Positions 26,657-38,265 of a stretch of DNA of 64,000 nucleotides are shown here, in pieces. Each line of letters starts with the position of its first letter. Positions within the stretch are counted from its first letter, which is position 1. The notes below the pieces were generated by a model, which saw nothing but the letters and a program-made list of their open reading frames with translations, did not search any database and was not told the origin of the DNA. The DNA comes from a bacterium. GTDB lineage: Bacteria; UBA8248. The stretch lies in NCBI GenBank assembly GCA_965202625.1, contig CBDBBI010000010.1, forward strand, positions 2,688,001 to 2,752,000, in the 5' to 3' direction. The position numbers were made by a program, and so were the translations under genes.

Positions 26657-29600
26657 GTGTTGAGTTTGCGAGTCCAGCGCTTGGAGATGCAGGGGTTCAA
26701 GTCCTTTGTCGAGAAGACCGTAATCGAAATTGGAGAGGGTCTTACGGCCGTCGTCGGGCCTAACGGATGCGGCAAGAGCAACGTGTGCGATGCCGTTCGA
26801 TGGGTTTTGGGCGAGCAGGCGCCGAAAAACATGCGCTCGAAGAGGATGGAGGACGTCATCTTCAATGGCAGTGTCGAGCGCAAGCAGATCGGGATGTCCG
26901 AGGTCTCGCTCACCATCGCCGACCTAAAGGGTGTGGTGACGTCTCCCGCGTTCAAGGATTTTGACGAGATGGTGGTTACCCGCCGTCTGTATCGTTCCGG
27001 AGAGAGTGAGTATCTCATCAATCGCAATCCCTGCCGACTCAAAGACATCGTGGATTTGTTTCTCGATACAGGCGTCTCTCTCGACACTTTTTCCATCGTG
27101 GAGCAGGGCAAGATCGAAACTCTTGTGAACGCGCGGCCCATGGACAGGCGGATTTTGATTGAAGAGGCCGCCGGCATCATGAAATATAAGAACAGGCGAA
27201 ACGAGGCGCTGAGAAAGCTGGAGCTCGCGCAAGCGAACCTGCTTCGCGTGGCCGACATCATGCGCGAGAAAGAAACGCGCCTGCGCTCTTTGCGCCGCCA
27301 GGCGAGGAAGGCGATGTTTCACAAGGAATACCAGACCGAGAGTACCGCGCTTTCCTGCAGAATTCTGGCGCTCGACTACCTCCGGCTCGTGGATGAACTC
27401 TTTCCGGCGGAAAGGGCGCATGATCGCGTCAAGGGGGAGGAACAGGTGCTCCTGGCACGGCTATCCTCGCTGGAGGCCGAGAGAGAAAAGGAGCGCGTCT
27501 TGCTGGCCGAGCGATCGGAGGCGTTGGCGGAATCCCGCCGCCGGGCGGTGGAGATGGAGGGCTGTTTACAGAGCCTCGAGAATCGAGTCGAGATGCTTCA
27601 AAACCGTCTTCTGGAACTCGACGCGGAAGATGCGCGCCGCGCGGAGGAAATCCAATCCCTCGACGCGGAGGCCGTGAGCCTGGAGGAGGAGAGGGTTGGC
27701 CTCGCCAAGACCCTCGAGACGCTGGCGGCGCAGTCTGGTCGCGCCCGAGAGGAATATGACGTCAGCGCGGCGGAGCTGGCCGCCGTCCGCGTGCACCTGG
27801 GAGAGCTGGAGCAGTCACTCGACGAGGGCAGGCGCGCGCAAGCGGAGGAAAAGGAGCGTTTAAGTGCGACACGGCAGCGGATCGCTTCCCTTGAGTCGAG
27901 GCGCGAGGGTTTGGTCGAGTCTGTGAGGAGGATGGTCGCGGAGGCGGCAGGGATGCAGGAGCAGGTCGAATCGGCGCGATCCGACGCAAACGATGCGAGA
28001 GACCGGGCGGAGTCGTTGGACGCCTCCGAGCACCTCGCGAAACAGGAGCTGGAGCGGGTAGCTTTCGAGCATGATGGAATATCCCAATCTCTGCGCCGAC
28101 ATGAAGAATTCGCCGCCGGTGTGAAAGAATCCTTAATGGAGACGAAATCGACCCTCCTTGCCCTAGAAGGCGTTCTCTCTTCTGGCGGGGGCGGGACTGC
28201 GGACATGGAGGCGTTCAGGGCGTGCGGCGCCCAGGTGCTGGCGTCGTTGTCCGACCTCATTCGTGTGGAGCCGAAATTTGAAAGAGCGATCGAGGTGGCT
28301 CTGGGTGAGAAATTGCTGGGCGTGGTGGTGAATACTCCAGACGATGCGGTGAATGCGGTTCGTGCGCTAATGAACTCCGAGACCGGGCGTGGCGTGGTGC
28401 TGTCAATGGAGGTTGGCGCCCAACCGGGTATTCTCCTCTCCTCGGGAGAAGGCGTTCTGGGCGTGGCTGCGGATTTTGTTCGTTGCGATACGGATTGCCA
28501 GGCACTCGTTCAGTCGCTTCTGGGGAATGTGGCAGTGGCCGAGAATATCGATGCCGCACAGGCGGCGTGGTGCGGCGGGTTGCAGGGAGTCGTTTGTGTG
28601 ACCCTGACGGGGGAAATGATTCATGCGAATGGTGCTGCCGAAGGCGGACTGGCCCGGAATGAGGGATTCCTGGAGCGTTCCCGAAGGTGTGAGGAGATGC
28701 GCCAGGAGACCAAGCGCCTTGAAGAGCGGCTTCTCGCGTTGTCCCCGATCTCTCGAAAGCTGAGAGTGCAACTCGCGCAAGCGAAGCGAAGACGCCACCG
28801 TGCGGCGTGCGAGAATCAGCGTGCCGAGGTCATGCGCGTGGAGGCCGAGGGAATCCTTCGCCAGGCGGAGGACAGGCTCGGGGAGTTGGAAAGGCGGCTG
28901 GCCGCGCTCGAAACCGTGCGAGAGCAAGCGCGCGAGGACCAGGGGCGTCTCGTGGATGAAGTTCAGACGGCTAGAGAGGAAAGCCTGTGCTCCGAAGAGG
29001 CGGCTCAAGCGTTCTCTTCGCGTATTGAGGAGCTCGAAGGGAAAGTGGGCGACGCTGGCCGGCGGTGTGCGCAGGTCGAGGCGCGCGTCATGGACAGGAA
29101 GGTCTCCTTGACGGAAATCAATGGTCGAGCGGCGGGTGGTCGGGCCGAGTTACAGCGTCTTGTGGATGGATTGCGCCAGAATACGGCGCGCAAAATTCGC
29201 AGGGAGGAGGAACAAGACGAGTCGGGCGAGAAACGAAGGCATCTTGAGGAGATTCTCGCGCAAAGCGAGGAGGAGATTCTCGCGCTTCAGGGGGAGCGCG
29301 CCGAGGTGGCGGCCCGGCAAGCCGAGCGCGACGATGCCTTGCGTGCGGCGCAGTTGCGCGATGGGGAGCTGAGCGATTCGATTCACGCGACGAGAACGGA
29401 TGTGTCCGCTTTGCAGGACGAGGTGAGCACGGCGGCGGAGAGACGGACGACGCTTCGCGTGCGGCGCGAATCCATGGTGAAATCCGCTCAAGCGGAGCAT
29501 CGAGTCGATCTCGAGGAGACGGCCGAAGAGCGGCGGGAGGAACTCCCCCAATACCAGGAGATGGTCAATCGTTTGGCGATGCTGGAGCAGAGACTTGCCC

Positions 29601-30250
29601 GCATGGGAGAGGTGAACCCCCTAGCTGCGGAAGAGTATGATGAAATCAATCAGGAATATGCGTTTTTACAGGAACAGCAACAGGACCTGGAGGGCTCCAT
29701 CGCCGATCTTCACGCCACGATCGAGAAGCTGAACAAGACGACGAAGTCCCGCTTTCTGGGGGCGTTTGAGAAGGTGGGCGCCGCCTTCGCGGATATTTTT
29801 GGCCGTCTTTTCCAGGGGGGCGAAGCACGTATGTACCTCCTCGATGCAGATGACCCACTGGAGACGGGCGTCGACATTGAGGTGCGGCCGCCGGGTAAGC
29901 GTCCCTCGAACATCATGCTGCTCTCCGCCGGAGAGAAGGCGCTCACCGCGCTTTCCCTGTTGTTCGCAGTATTTAGCGTTCGGCCAAGTCCGTTTTGTAT
30001 TCTCGACGAGGTGGATGCCACTCTTGATGACGTCAACGTCGGACGCTTTCGGGAGGTGCTCGCCGCGCTCGAGGATCGGAGCCAGTTCATCATCATCACC
30101 CACAACAAGAAGACGATGTCCTACGCGAATCAACTCTACGGCGTGACGCAGAGGGAAAAGGGCGTTTCGGAGATCGTTTCCGTAAAACTGAACCATGAAG
30201 GCGCGAGGGTGAACGGCGTGGCGGATGCGGCGTTCGAGTCACGCGTTTAG
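26657..30250 (+). CDS. smc: Chromosome segregation protein SMC
   Basis: GFKSF, Walker A GPNGCGKSN, long coiled coils, hinge GX6GX3GG, LSAGEK, ILDEVDA, FIIITH. Confidence 0.96.
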   Translation: MLSLRVQRLEMQGFKSFVEKTVIEIGEGLTAVVGPNGCGKSNVCDAVRWVLGEQAPKNMRSKRMEDVIFNGSVERKQIGMSEVSLTIADLKGVVTSPAFKDFDEMVVTRRLYRSGESEYLINRNPCRLKDIVDLFLDTGVSLDTFSIVEQGKIETLVNARPMDRRILIEEAAGIMKYKNRRNEALRKLELAQANLLRVADIMREKETRLRSLRRQARKAMFHKEYQTESTALSCRILALDYLRLVDELFPAERAHDRVKGEEQVLLARLSSLEAEREKERVLLAERSEALAESRRRAVEMEGCLQSLENRVEMLQNRLLELDAEDARRAEEIQSLDAEAVSLEEERVGLAKTLETLAAQSGRAREEYDVSAAELAAVRVHLGELEQSLDEGRRAQAEEKERLSATRQRIASLESRREGLVESVRRMVAEAAGMQEQVESARSDANDARDRAESLDASEHLAKQELERVAFEHDGISQSLRRHEEFAAGVKESLMETKSTLLALEGVLSSGGGGTADMEAFRACGAQVLASLSDLIRVEPKFERAIEVALGEKLLGVVVNTPDDAVNAVRALMNSETGRGVVLSMEVGAQPGILLSSGEGVLGVAADFVRCDTDCQALVQSLLGNVAVAENIDAAQAAWCGGLQGVVCVTLTGEMIHANGAAEGGLARNEGFLERSRRCEEMRQETKRLEERLLALSPISRKLRVQLAQAKRRRHRAACENQRAEVMRVEAEGILRQAEDRLGELERRLAALETVREQAREDQGRLVDEVQTAREESLCSEEAAQAFSSRIEELEGKVGDAGRRCAQVEARVMDRKVSLTEINGRAAGGRAELQRLVDGLRQNTARKIRREEEQDESGEKRRHLEEILAQSEEEILALQGERAEVAARQAERDDALRAAQLRDGELSDSIHATRTDVSALQDEVSTAAERRTTLRVRRESMVKSAQAEHRVDLEETAEERREELPQYQEMVNRLAMLEQRLARMGEVNPLAAEEYDEINQEYAFLQEQQQDLEGSIADLHATIEKLNKTTKSRFLGAFEKVGAAFADIFGRLFQGGEARMYLLDADDPLETGVDIEVRPPGKRPSNIMLLSAGEKALTALSLLFAVFSVRPSPFCILDEVDATLDDVNVGRFREVLAALEDRSQFIIITHNKKTMSYANQLYGVTQREKGVSEIVSVKLNHEGARVNGVADAAFESRV

Positions 30251-30349
30251 GAGTCGTCCATATTTTTTCAGAGAGCGCTTCCTCTGGCCATGCCCCAGCG
30301 CCTTGGCGTCGGGGTTGGTTTTTCACGTGGCGTCGCGAAGGAGATAGCA

Positions 30350-31312
30350 TTGGCTTTTGGTTCTGGGGAGAAGGAAAGTCCGCAAGAGCCGGCCGGTGCA
30401 AAGGGCTGGTTTGGCAGACTGCGCGATGGCCTTGCGAAGACGCGCGGCGGTTTTCTCGCCCAGATGGACGACTTGCTCGCCGGACGGATGGATGAAGACA
30501 GGCTCGAGGAGTTGGAAGAAATTCTGTATATGGCGGATTTGGGGCCTCTTCTCGTCGAGATGCTGATGGAGAGGCTGAGAGTGAGAGAAGGTGCCGGGGT
30601 GGACGTGAAGGTGCGCGTCAAGGAAATGCTGCGTTCTTGTCTCGCGCGTCCCGCCCACCCACCCGCGTTTGCGCCGCAGGCCCCGCCGCCGGGCGAGCCC
30701 AGGGTCGTTTTGCTCGTGGGGGTAAATGGCACCGGAAAGACGACGACAGCAGGAAAACTAGCCGCGCGCCTCTTGGCCGAGAAGCGCAAGGCCATGCTCG
30801 CGGCGGGAGATACGTTTCGGGCCGCCGCCGGCGAGCAGCTGTCGGTATGGGCGGAGCGAAGCGGGTGCGAAGTCGTCCGCCACCAGGAGGGGGCGGATTC
30901 GTCTGCAGTGGTGTATGACGCTGTTCAGGCGGCGCGGGCGCGAGGTGTCGATGTGTTGTTCGTGGATACGGCAGGGCGTTTGCATACGAAAAAGAATCTG
31001 ATGGAGGAGCTGAAAAAGCTGAAGCGCGTGGCGGGGCGCCTCGTTGACGCGGCACCCCATGAGGTGCTCCTCGTTCTGGATGCGACGTCAGGACAAAACG
31101 CGCTCTCTCAGGTGCGGGAGTTTGGCCCGGCCCTGGGCGTGACGGGTCTCGTGCTCACCAAGCTCGACGGGACAGCCAAGGGCGGTGTGGCGTTAGGTGC
31201 CGCCTATGAGAGCGGCATACCGATACGATACGTGGGTGTGGGCGAATCGGCGGAAGACCTCATTGATTTTGATCCCGACGCTTTCATTGAGGCGATTTTC
31301 AGCGGGCGATAG
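30350..31312 (+). CDS. ftsY: SRP receptor FtsY
   Basis: GVNGTGKTTT, DTFRAAA, DTAGR, TKLDGTAKGG. TTG start with AAGGAG RBS. Confidence 0.95.
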   Translation: MAFGSGEKESPQEPAGAKGWFGRLRDGLAKTRGGFLAQMDDLLAGRMDEDRLEELEEILYMADLGPLLVEMLMERLRVREGAGVDVKVRVKEMLRSCLARPAHPPAFAPQAPPPGEPRVVLLVGVNGTGKTTTAGKLAARLLAEKRKAMLAAGDTFRAAAGEQLSVWAERSGCEVVRHQEGADSSAVVYDAVQAARARGVDVLFVDTAGRLHTKKNLMEELKKLKRVAGRLVDAAPHEVLLVLDATSGQNALSQVREFGPALGVTGLVLTKLDGTAKGGVALGAAYESGIPIRYVGVGESAEDLIDFDPDAFIEAIFSGR

Positions 31313-31328
31313 CCGTTGGAATGGGGCC

Positions 31329-33551
31329 TCAGCCGTCTTTCAACATTTCTGGAAGGTTCGATTTTTCAGGGCAAGGCTCGGAGGGTTCTGTTCCTTTGAC
31401 GAAGGCTTCGAGTATCGGCTTTCCCTTGCACCAGACGGAGGGCAGATGCCCGGAGTGCGAATCTACCCTCACTAGGGAAACGCCCGGCGGCGGATCGGGG
31501 AGTCGAACGTCCGCATTCTTGTCTTTGAGCCAACTTTTCATCACGTCGATCCAGATGGGCAAGGCCGCGGTGGCACCAGATGCCTGGTATCCCATGTGCT
31601 TATTGTCGTCGCGGCCCACCCAGACGCCCACGACGAGGTCTTCCGAGAAGCCTATGAACCAGGCGTCTCGATACGCGTTCGTCGTGCCCGTTTTTCCGGC
31701 CACAAACGCGCCAATCCCTCCCGCCCTCCTTCCGGTCCCGTTCGTGACGACACCGCGCAGCAACATCTTTAATTGATATGCCGTCTCGGGCGGGATGGCG
31801 AGATGCGCCGTGGGGACGTTCTCCTCCAGTATTCGGCCGTTTCCGTCCGTGACTTTTGTGATTTCATAAGGCCGCGCATATACTCCCTGCGTGACGAACG
31901 GAATGTATGAGGCTGTGAATTCGTATGGCGTCACCTCAATCGATCCGAGCGCTAAGGAGAGATAGGGTCGCATCTTTGAGTGAATGCCGATTCGGCGCGC
32001 GAACGTAATCGCCTTTTGCGGCCCCAGCTGGTCCAGCAGTTTGACGGTGGCCAGATTCAGGGACGATTGCAACGCTCTTCTCATGGTGACGGGTCCATGG
32101 AATTTGTTGCTGTAGTTTCTGGGTTTCCAATCCTTGAGCGTGCCGGGCATCCGGCGGACGAGCGGAGTGTCCATGAGAATGTGGGCGGGAGTGTAGCCTT
32201 GGGATAGTGCCGTCCCCATGATGATCGGCTTCAGGGCCGAGCCGGGCTGGCGGCGCGCCTGAGTGCCCCGATTGAATGGAAAGCGGCGGAAATTGGTTCC
32301 GCCCACAAGCGCGCGGAGCGCTCCGGTTCTGGGGTCGAACGCGACAACGGCGCCCTGAACGGTTTCCTGCCATTCCAGAAAGAGTTTCCTCGCACCGCGA
32401 TCCACTTTGACCGCGCGTCCTAGGAGAAGGTCTCCCGCTCGCAGTCTGTTGGGTTTGACCCGTTCGGGAAGCGACATTTCGGTTTCATAGTTTCCGATGA
32501 GTCCGCTTACCATGTTTCCCTTGATATCCAAAGCGTGAAACTGGAATCCGTCCCCCAGGCGCGGAGGTCTTCCGGTTTTCTCTTCCGGGCGGAGGAATCC
32601 GCGGTTTCGGTTTATTTTTTCTACCCCCTTGACGAGCGCCCGATGCGCGTTTTTCTGCAACGCGAAGTCGATGGTCGTATGAATCTGAAGACCACCCTGA
32701 TAGAGGGATTGTCCAAATCTGCGGCTGAGGAGAAGGCGTGTCTTTTCGACGAAGTAGGCAGCCTCTGGAACGAGGTTGGCGACGTGAGGAAAGAGCTGGA
32801 CGGGTTCTTCAAGGGCGATTCTTTCTTGTTCGGCGGTGATAAAGCCGGATGTCCGCATTCTTTTGATGACCAGGTTGCGTCGTTCCAGCCCTCTCTCGGG
32901 ATGGATTTTGGGGTTGAATCGCGTAGGCGCCTTGGGCAACCCCGCGATCATTGCGGATTCCGCTATAGTGAGTTGGGCGACCGTTTTTCCAAAGTAGATT
33001 TGGGCGGCCGCTTGTACCCCATATGCTCCGCTGCCGAGGTAGATTTGGTTTAGGTAGAATTCGAGAATTTCATCCTTTGTGAAGCGACTCTCGATCTCAA
33101 GAGCGAGGAGCGCTTCTCGAATTTTCCGTTTGAGTTTTTTCTCGGGCGTCAGAAAGAGAACCCTCGCGAGTTGCTGGGTGATGGTACTCCCCCCCTGAGC
33201 GAAATGGCCCGCCCGCAGGTTTTTGAGAAACGCCCGGGCAATATCCGGATAGCTGACGCCCGGGTGCTCGTAAAAGCGGCTATCCTCTATGGCGAGAAAC
33301 GCCTGACGTAGTGTGAGGGGAATTTGCCGCAAGGGGATGGGCCTTCTTTTTTCCTGGTATAGTTCCGCGAGGAGTTCGCCTCCTTGCGCGTAAATGCGCG
33401 TGATGGTACTGGGTTTGTAGTTTTGCAGGCGCTCGAGTTCGGGAAAGTCATACAGATAGCTGAAACCCGCGCCGATGCACGTTCCACCCACAAGCGCGAT
33501 GACGCCCAGCGTCAGAAGAATGGTTTTGCCGCGTCGAGAACGGGGAAGCAA
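31329..33551 (-). CDS. mrcA: Penicillin-binding protein 1A (bifunctional transglycosylase/transpeptidase)
   Basis: EDSRFYEHPG, GGSTITQQL, SxxK (SALK), SxN (SLN), KTGTT. Confidence 0.93.
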   Translation of the reverse strand: MLPRSRRGKTILLTLGVIALVGGTCIGAGFSYLYDFPELERLQNYKPSTITRIYAQGGELLAELYQEKRRPIPLRQIPLTLRQAFLAIEDSRFYEHPGVSYPDIARAFLKNLRAGHFAQGGSTITQQLARVLFLTPEKKLKRKIREALLALEIESRFTKDEILEFYLNQIYLGSGAYGVQAAAQIYFGKTVAQLTIAESAMIAGLPKAPTRFNPKIHPERGLERRNLVIKRMRTSGFITAEQERIALEEPVQLFPHVANLVPEAAYFVEKTRLLLSRRFGQSLYQGGLQIHTTIDFALQKNAHRALVKGVEKINRNRGFLRPEEKTGRPPRLGDGFQFHALDIKGNMVSGLIGNYETEMSLPERVKPNRLRAGDLLLGRAVKVDRGARKLFLEWQETVQGAVVAFDPRTGALRALVGGTNFRRFPFNRGTQARRQPGSALKPIIMGTALSQGYTPAHILMDTPLVRRMPGTLKDWKPRNYSNKFHGPVTMRRALQSSLNLATVKLLDQLGPQKAITFARRIGIHSKMRPYLSLALGSIEVTPYEFTASYIPFVTQGVYARPYEITKVTDGNGRILEENVPTAHLAIPPETAYQLKMLLRGVVTNGTGRRAGGIGAFVAGKTGTTNAYRDAWFIGFSEDLVVGVWVGRDDNKHMGYQASGATAALPIWIDVMKSWLKDKNADVRLPDPPPGVSLVRVDSHSGHLPSVWCKGKPILEAFVKGTEPSEPCPEKSNLPEMLKDG

Positions 33552-33667
33552 CGAAACGTCCTCTTTGGAAGAGGGATTTTAAAGACGTCTCCCCGCACTT
33601 TGGCGGAGCACGCTCATTGTAGATTCGATGCGGTGTTCGCGCAACGTCTGAAAAGAGCGCGCCTGCG

Positions 33668-33696
33668 TTGACAAGCGTGAATCAGGGCGACATAAA
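33668..33696 (+). promoter_or_regulatory. Sigma70-like promoter upstream of the HNH pseudogene
   Basis: TTGACA-N17-CATAAA. Confidence 0.4.
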
Positions 33697-33763
33697 GGGA
33701 GGCAAGTCGTGTTTCGTATCCTTCCTGTCCCATCGTCCGTCGCAATTGAAGGGAGCGTGTAGA

Positions 33764-34271
33764 GTGTTTAAGCAATTACGTGTTCTGGTGCTCAATCAGA
33801 AGTATGAGCCGATTTACGTTTGCGACGCGCGATTCGCATGACGATCAAGGGGAAAGCGGACGCCATCGAAACGAACGGCTTGCTCTTCTGCAGCGAGGCG
33901 ATGCGGTTTCATCTTCCTTCCGTCATACTTCTGCGGGGGTATGTCTTCGTTCCGCACAGGAGCCAAACGCCGTTCAGCAAAAGAAACTTGATGCGTCGCG
34001 GCAGCGCGGCAGGAACATCTGTCAGTATTGCGGCGCAAAAGGCAGTCATTTGACGGTGGATGACGTTTTGCGGCGGTCGCTCCACGTGGGAGAACATGGT
34101 TTGCAGTTGCCGGAAATGCAACACGAAAAAGGAGATCGCACTCCCGACGAGGCAGGTTTGAGTTTAAGAACAAAGCCGCAAGAACCCACGTTTTTCGTGT
34201 CGTGTCACCTGAACCATCGTTTTCCGCAAGCCGCGCCGGGCGTATGGGATAAGTATTTCTACCTCACCTAG
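33764..34271 (+). pseudogene. Frameshifted HNH endonuclease (McrA-like) gene
   Basis: Fragments in different frames: VLVLNQKYEPI / PSVILL..FSKRNLMRR / CQYCG..LTVD / STWENMVCSCRKCNTKK / GDRTPDEAG. Confidence 0.85.
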
Positions 34272-34345
34272 TTCATGAAGTCTCAGGGTTTATCCGCTAG
34301 AATGCCCGGGTGTCGCGTCCTACAGGTGGAGGCGGTTTGTCATCT

Positions 34346-36355
34346 ATGAGCGCATTCGAGCTCCACTCGAAATTCTCGCCCACGGGCGATCAGCCCGAAG
34401 CGATAGACGCCATCATCCGACAATTCGAGGAGGGCCAGAACCATCAGGTTCTCCTGGGTGTCACCGGTTCCGGCAAAACATTCACGGTCGCGAACGTCAT
34501 CGCGCGGATGGGGAAGTCTACCCTCGTCATCGCTCACAACAAAACGTTGGCCGCCCAGCTTTACAATGAGTTCAAGGGATTCTTCCCGAACAACGCGGTG
34601 GAATATTTCGTTAGTTATTATGACTACTATCAGCCGGAGGCTTATGTCCCCACGACGGATACATTTATCGAAAAAGATGCCTCCATCAACGACGAGCTAG
34701 ACTGTCTACGCCACTCGGCTACGCGCTCCGCCTTGATGAGGGAAGACGTCATCGTGGTGGCGAGCGTGAGTTCTATCTACGGGTTGGGTTCGCCGGCCGA
34801 TTACTTTGATCTCCATATCGACGTTTCCGTCGGCATGGAGATGGACCGAGAGGAGTTGCTCACGCAGCTGACGAGAATTCAGTATCGACGCTTGGACGCC
34901 GGTCTGCGCCGCGCCACCTTTCGCGCGCGCGGAGACGTCGTCGAAATTCTGCCCGCCCACGAAGAGGAGCAAGCGATTCGCGTAGAGTTCTTCGGAGAGG
35001 AGATCGACAGCATCGCGCAAATCGATCCGATGCGGGGAGTCGTCTTAAGAAAACTCGACCGGGTGGAGCTCTACCCCAACAGCCATTACATTACGCCCGA
35101 GGAGAGGCTCTCGTGCGCCATTGAGGGCATCCAGAAAGAGTTGTGGGAACAGGTAGCGAAACTCGACGCGTTGGGAAAATCCTATGAAGCGCAACGCTTG
35201 CGGCAGAGAACTTTGCAGGATGTCGAGATGCTCAGAGAGGTCGGCTACTGTCACGGGGTCGAGAACTACAGCTTGCACCTCGACGGACGTTTGACGGATG
35301 AGCCGCCGGCGACATTGTTCTCCTATTTCTCCCGGGATCATCTGGTGGTGATAGACGAGAGTCACCAAAGCATCCCCCAGTTACGGGGAATGTACCGAGG
35401 AGATCGCTCGCGCAAGGAAAACCTGGTGGCGTATGGCTTCCGATTACCTTCGGCCCTGGACAATCGCCCTCTTCGCCTAGAGGAATTCGAAGCGAACCTC
35501 AAGAACACGATATATGTTTCTGCGACCCCCGGCCCCTACGAACTTAAGAAGAGCGAAGGCGTTGTCGTCGAGCAGCTGTTAAGGCCCACTGGCTTGGTGG
35601 ATCCCCCGGTGGAGATTCGTCCAGTGCAGGGGCAGGTGGACGACTTGCTTGCCGAGGTGCGACAGGCGGCGGCGGCGGGCGATCGGATTCTCGTCACCAC
35701 CCTGACGAAGAGGTTTTCCGAAGATTTGACGGAATATTATGAGGACTTGGGGGTTCGGGTTCGCTACATGCACAGCGACATCGACGCTCTCGAACGGGTG
35801 CGAATCATTCGCGAGCTGCGGTCCGGCGTCTTTGATGTGTTAATCGGCATCAACCTGCTGCGCGAAGGTCTGGATTTGCCTGAAGTCGCTCTGGTGGCCA
35901 TATTTGATGCGGATAAGGAAGGGTTTTTACGATCTGACACTTCCTTGATTCAAACGTCCGGCCGCGCGGCCAGGCACGTCGGCGGCCGCGTCATCATGTA
36001 TGCGGATCGCGTCACCGACAGCATGCGCCGCGCGCTTGACGAGATGGACAGGAGAAGAGGGGCGCAAATCGCTTACAACGAGGCGAACGGGGTCGTTCCC
36101 CGCTCCATCAGCCGCAGGATGGATGCGCTTTTGGAAGCGTCCGATGGGCGGGATGGGGACGAAGCCTTTGAATGGGACAATGCGGGAATCCCGCCTCCTT
36201 CCGAGATGGACGCGTCGGCTTTGGATGCGCTTCGCTCCCAGATGCGCGAGGCAGCGCAAAATCTGGAATTTGAAAAAGCCGCCGAGATCCGCGACAAGAT
36301 TCTCGTCATCGAGCGTCGCCAGCTCGGCCTCGCCCCTCCTCAGGTCATGATATGA
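34346..36355 (+). CDS. uvrB: Excinuclease ABC subunit B
   Basis: [34 protein letters not shown]-terminal UVR domain. Confidence 0.97.
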   Translation: MSAFELHSKFSPTGDQPEAIDAIIRQFEEGQNHQVLLGVTGSGKTFTVANVIARMGKSTLVIAHNKTLAAQLYNEFKGFFPNNAVEYFVSYYDYYQPEAYVPTTDTFIEKDASINDELDCLRHSATRSALMREDVIVVASVSSIYGLGSPADYFDLHIDVSVGMEMDREELLTQLTRIQYRRLDAGLRRATFRARGDVVEILPAHEEEQAIRVEFFGEEIDSIAQIDPMRGVVLRKLDRVELYPNSHYITPEERLSCAIEGIQKELWEQVAKLDALGKSYEAQRLRQRTLQDVEMLREVGYCHGVENYSLHLDGRLTDEPPATLFSYFSRDHLVVIDESHQSIPQLRGMYRGDRSRKENLVAYGFRLPSALDNRPLRLEEFEANLKNTIYVSATPGPYELKKSEGVVVEQLLRPTGLVDPPVEIRPVQGQVDDLLAEVRQAAAAGDRILVTTLTKRFSEDLTEYYEDLGVRVRYMHSDIDALERVRIIRELRSGVFDVLIGINLLREGLDLPEVALVAIFDADKEGFLRSDTSLIQTSGRAARHVGGRVIMYADRVTDSMRRALDEMDRRRGAQIAYNEANGVVPRSISRRMDALLEASDGRDGDEAFEWDNAGIPPPSEMDASALDALRSQMREAAQNLEFEKAAEIRDKILVIERRQLGLAPPQVMI

Positions 36356-38265
36356 GCGTCGGTGCCCTTCCCGCCGGCTCTATCCACGTGGGAGAGGACC
36401 GTTCGTTCTTGAAGTCTCTGCCGGAGAAGCCGGGGATATACGTTTTCAGGGGCCGGACGGGAGATGTCCTCTACGTCGGCAAGGCGCTGCGTCTGAGAAG
36501 CAGGGTGCGCAGCTATTTCGCCAAAAGGACTGGGCGCGGCCCCTGGATTCAGAAAATGGTGGAGGAATCCTCCACCATTGAGCATGTGGTGACGGCCAAC
36601 GAAATCGAGGCGCTCATCCTCGAGAGCAATTACATTAAAAAGCACAAGCCCCGGCACAACGTGTTGTTGCGCGATGACAAGCACTTTCCCTATCTCAAGC
36701 TGAGCATGGGCGAGAGCTATCCGCGCCTGAGCGTCGTTCGCCGTCCCGCGGGAGACGGTTCCTCCTATCTGGGGCCTTTTCCGTCGGCGAGCAGCCTCAG
36801 ACGGACAATTCGCTTTTTGCAAAAAACGTTTCATATTCGGCCCTGCGCGGGCGGCATTGAGGACAAGACGGCGAAGCGGTGCATCTACTTTCAGATGGGT
36901 CAGTGCCTGGGTCCCTGCGACGATCATCAAAGCCTCAAAGCCTATCGGGATGGCGTTGCGGACGCTCTTGATTTTCTAAAGGGAAAAAACCTAGAGCTGA
37001 TCCGAAGACTCAGGAAGCAGATGCAGGAGCATTCCCGGGATCAGCGCTACGAGGCCGCCGCCAAGGTGCGGGATCAGATTAGGGGAATTGAGCACGTTAC
37101 CGAACGGCAGACCATGTCGTCTGTGCGGGGAGGCGATCAGGATGTGCTCGGCTACCATCGTGGGAGGGGGAAGGCGACTTTTCGGGTGTTTTTCGTCCGA
37201 GGGGGCAGGTTGTTGGGCGACCAGGGATTTCACGTGGCCGCCCGGGAGGACGTTCCCGACGGGGAGGTTGTCTCCGCGTTTGTGAAGCAGTATTACTGGG
37301 ATAAGAGTTTTTTCCCCGACAAGGTGCTCTTGCCCTCCGCCGTGGATGACGCCTCGCTCATCGCTATGTGGCTATCCGAGAGGCGGGGAAAGAGAGTATC
37401 CGTTTTCCATCCTCTCCGGGGGGATAAGCGCAGGCTGGTCGAGATGGCGAGCGAGAATGCGTCGCACGCCCAGGAGCGGGAAGACGCTTTGGTCAAAAAG
37501 GAGCAGCAAACGCTCGAGGAGATTCGCAGGGCGTTGGCGCTTGAGGGATTGCCGGTGCGGATCGAGGCGTTTGACGTGTCGAATCTGCAAGGGAGCCATG
37601 TTGTCGGCGCCAGTGTCATGTTCCAGGAGGGACGGCCGCTGAAGGATGGCTACCGCCGCTACAGGATCAAGAGCGTGGAGGAGTCGCCCGATGACTATGC
37701 CTCTATGCGTGAGATCGTTTTTAGACGCATGGAGCGTCTGGTGAACGAGGGAGGCGAGATGCCGGATCTTCTGCTGATCGACGGGGGAAGGGGACAACTC
37801 TCCTCTGCCGCCTCGGCGCTGGAGGAACTTGGAGTGGCGGACGTGGCGTTGTGCGCGATTTCGAAGGGCAGAAGTGCCGACAATCCCGAAGCGCAGGACG
37901 TCATTTTCCTTCCCGGACAGACTGACCCCGTTCAGTTGGAGGAGGGGAGCGCGCCGAAGCGTATGCTCCAAAAGATTCGCGATGAAGCGCATCGGTTCGT
38001 CTTGACGTTTCATCGGACGCGACGCCGGCACGCGGCCATGAGGAGCGGCCTTGACGACGTGCCGGGTCTGGGCCCGAAGCGCAAGCGTGCGCTTTTGCGA
38101 ACTTTTGGCAGCTTGCGGGGTGTTTTGGAGGCGAGCGAAGAGGCGCTCCTTGAAGTGGAGGGCGTCACGCCGAAACTCGTGAGCGTCTTGAGAGAAAAAC
38201 TCGGCGGGGCGAGCGCGTTCGCCGAAAGCACCGCGAAAAGCGCCTTACGGGCGGGCGAGCTTTGA
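36352..38265 (+). CDS. uvrC: Excinuclease ABC subunit C
   Basis: GIY-YIG (PGIY..LYVGKA), [23 protein letters not shown], HhH. Confidence 0.96.
   Translation: MSVGALPAGSIHVGEDRSFLKSLPEKPGIYVFRGRTGDVLYVGKALRLRSRVRSYFAKRTGRGPWIQKMVEESSTIEHVVTANEIEALILESNYIKKHKPRHNVLLRDDKHFPYLKLSMGESYPRLSVVRRPAGDGSSYLGPFPSASSLRRTIRFLQKTFHIRPCAGGIEDKTAKRCIYFQMGQCLGPCDDHQSLKAYRDGVADALDFLKGKNLELIRRLRKQMQEHSRDQRYEAAAKVRDQIRGIEHVTERQTMSSVRGGDQDVLGYHRGRGKATFRVFFVRGGRLLGDQGFHVAAREDVPDGEVVSAFVKQYYWDKSFFPDKVLLPSAVDDASLIAMWLSERRGKRVSVFHPLRGDKRRLVEMASENASHAQEREDALVKKEQQTLEEIRRALALEGLPVRIEAFDVSNLQGSHVVGASVMFQEGRPLKDGYRRYRIKSVEESPDDYASMREIVFRRMERLVNEGGEMPDLLLIDGGRGQLSSAASALEELGVADVALCAISKGRSADNPEAQDVIFLPGQTDPVQLEEGSAPKRMLQKIRDEAHRFVLTFHRTRRRHAAMRSGLDDVPGLGPKRKRALLRTFGSLRGVLEASEEALLEVEGVTPKLVSVLREKLGGASAFAESTAKSALRAGEL

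Noticed and set aside
26657-31312. smc without adjacent scpA/scpB
   Set aside because: rnc-smc-ftsY with scpAB elsewhere is a common arrangement.
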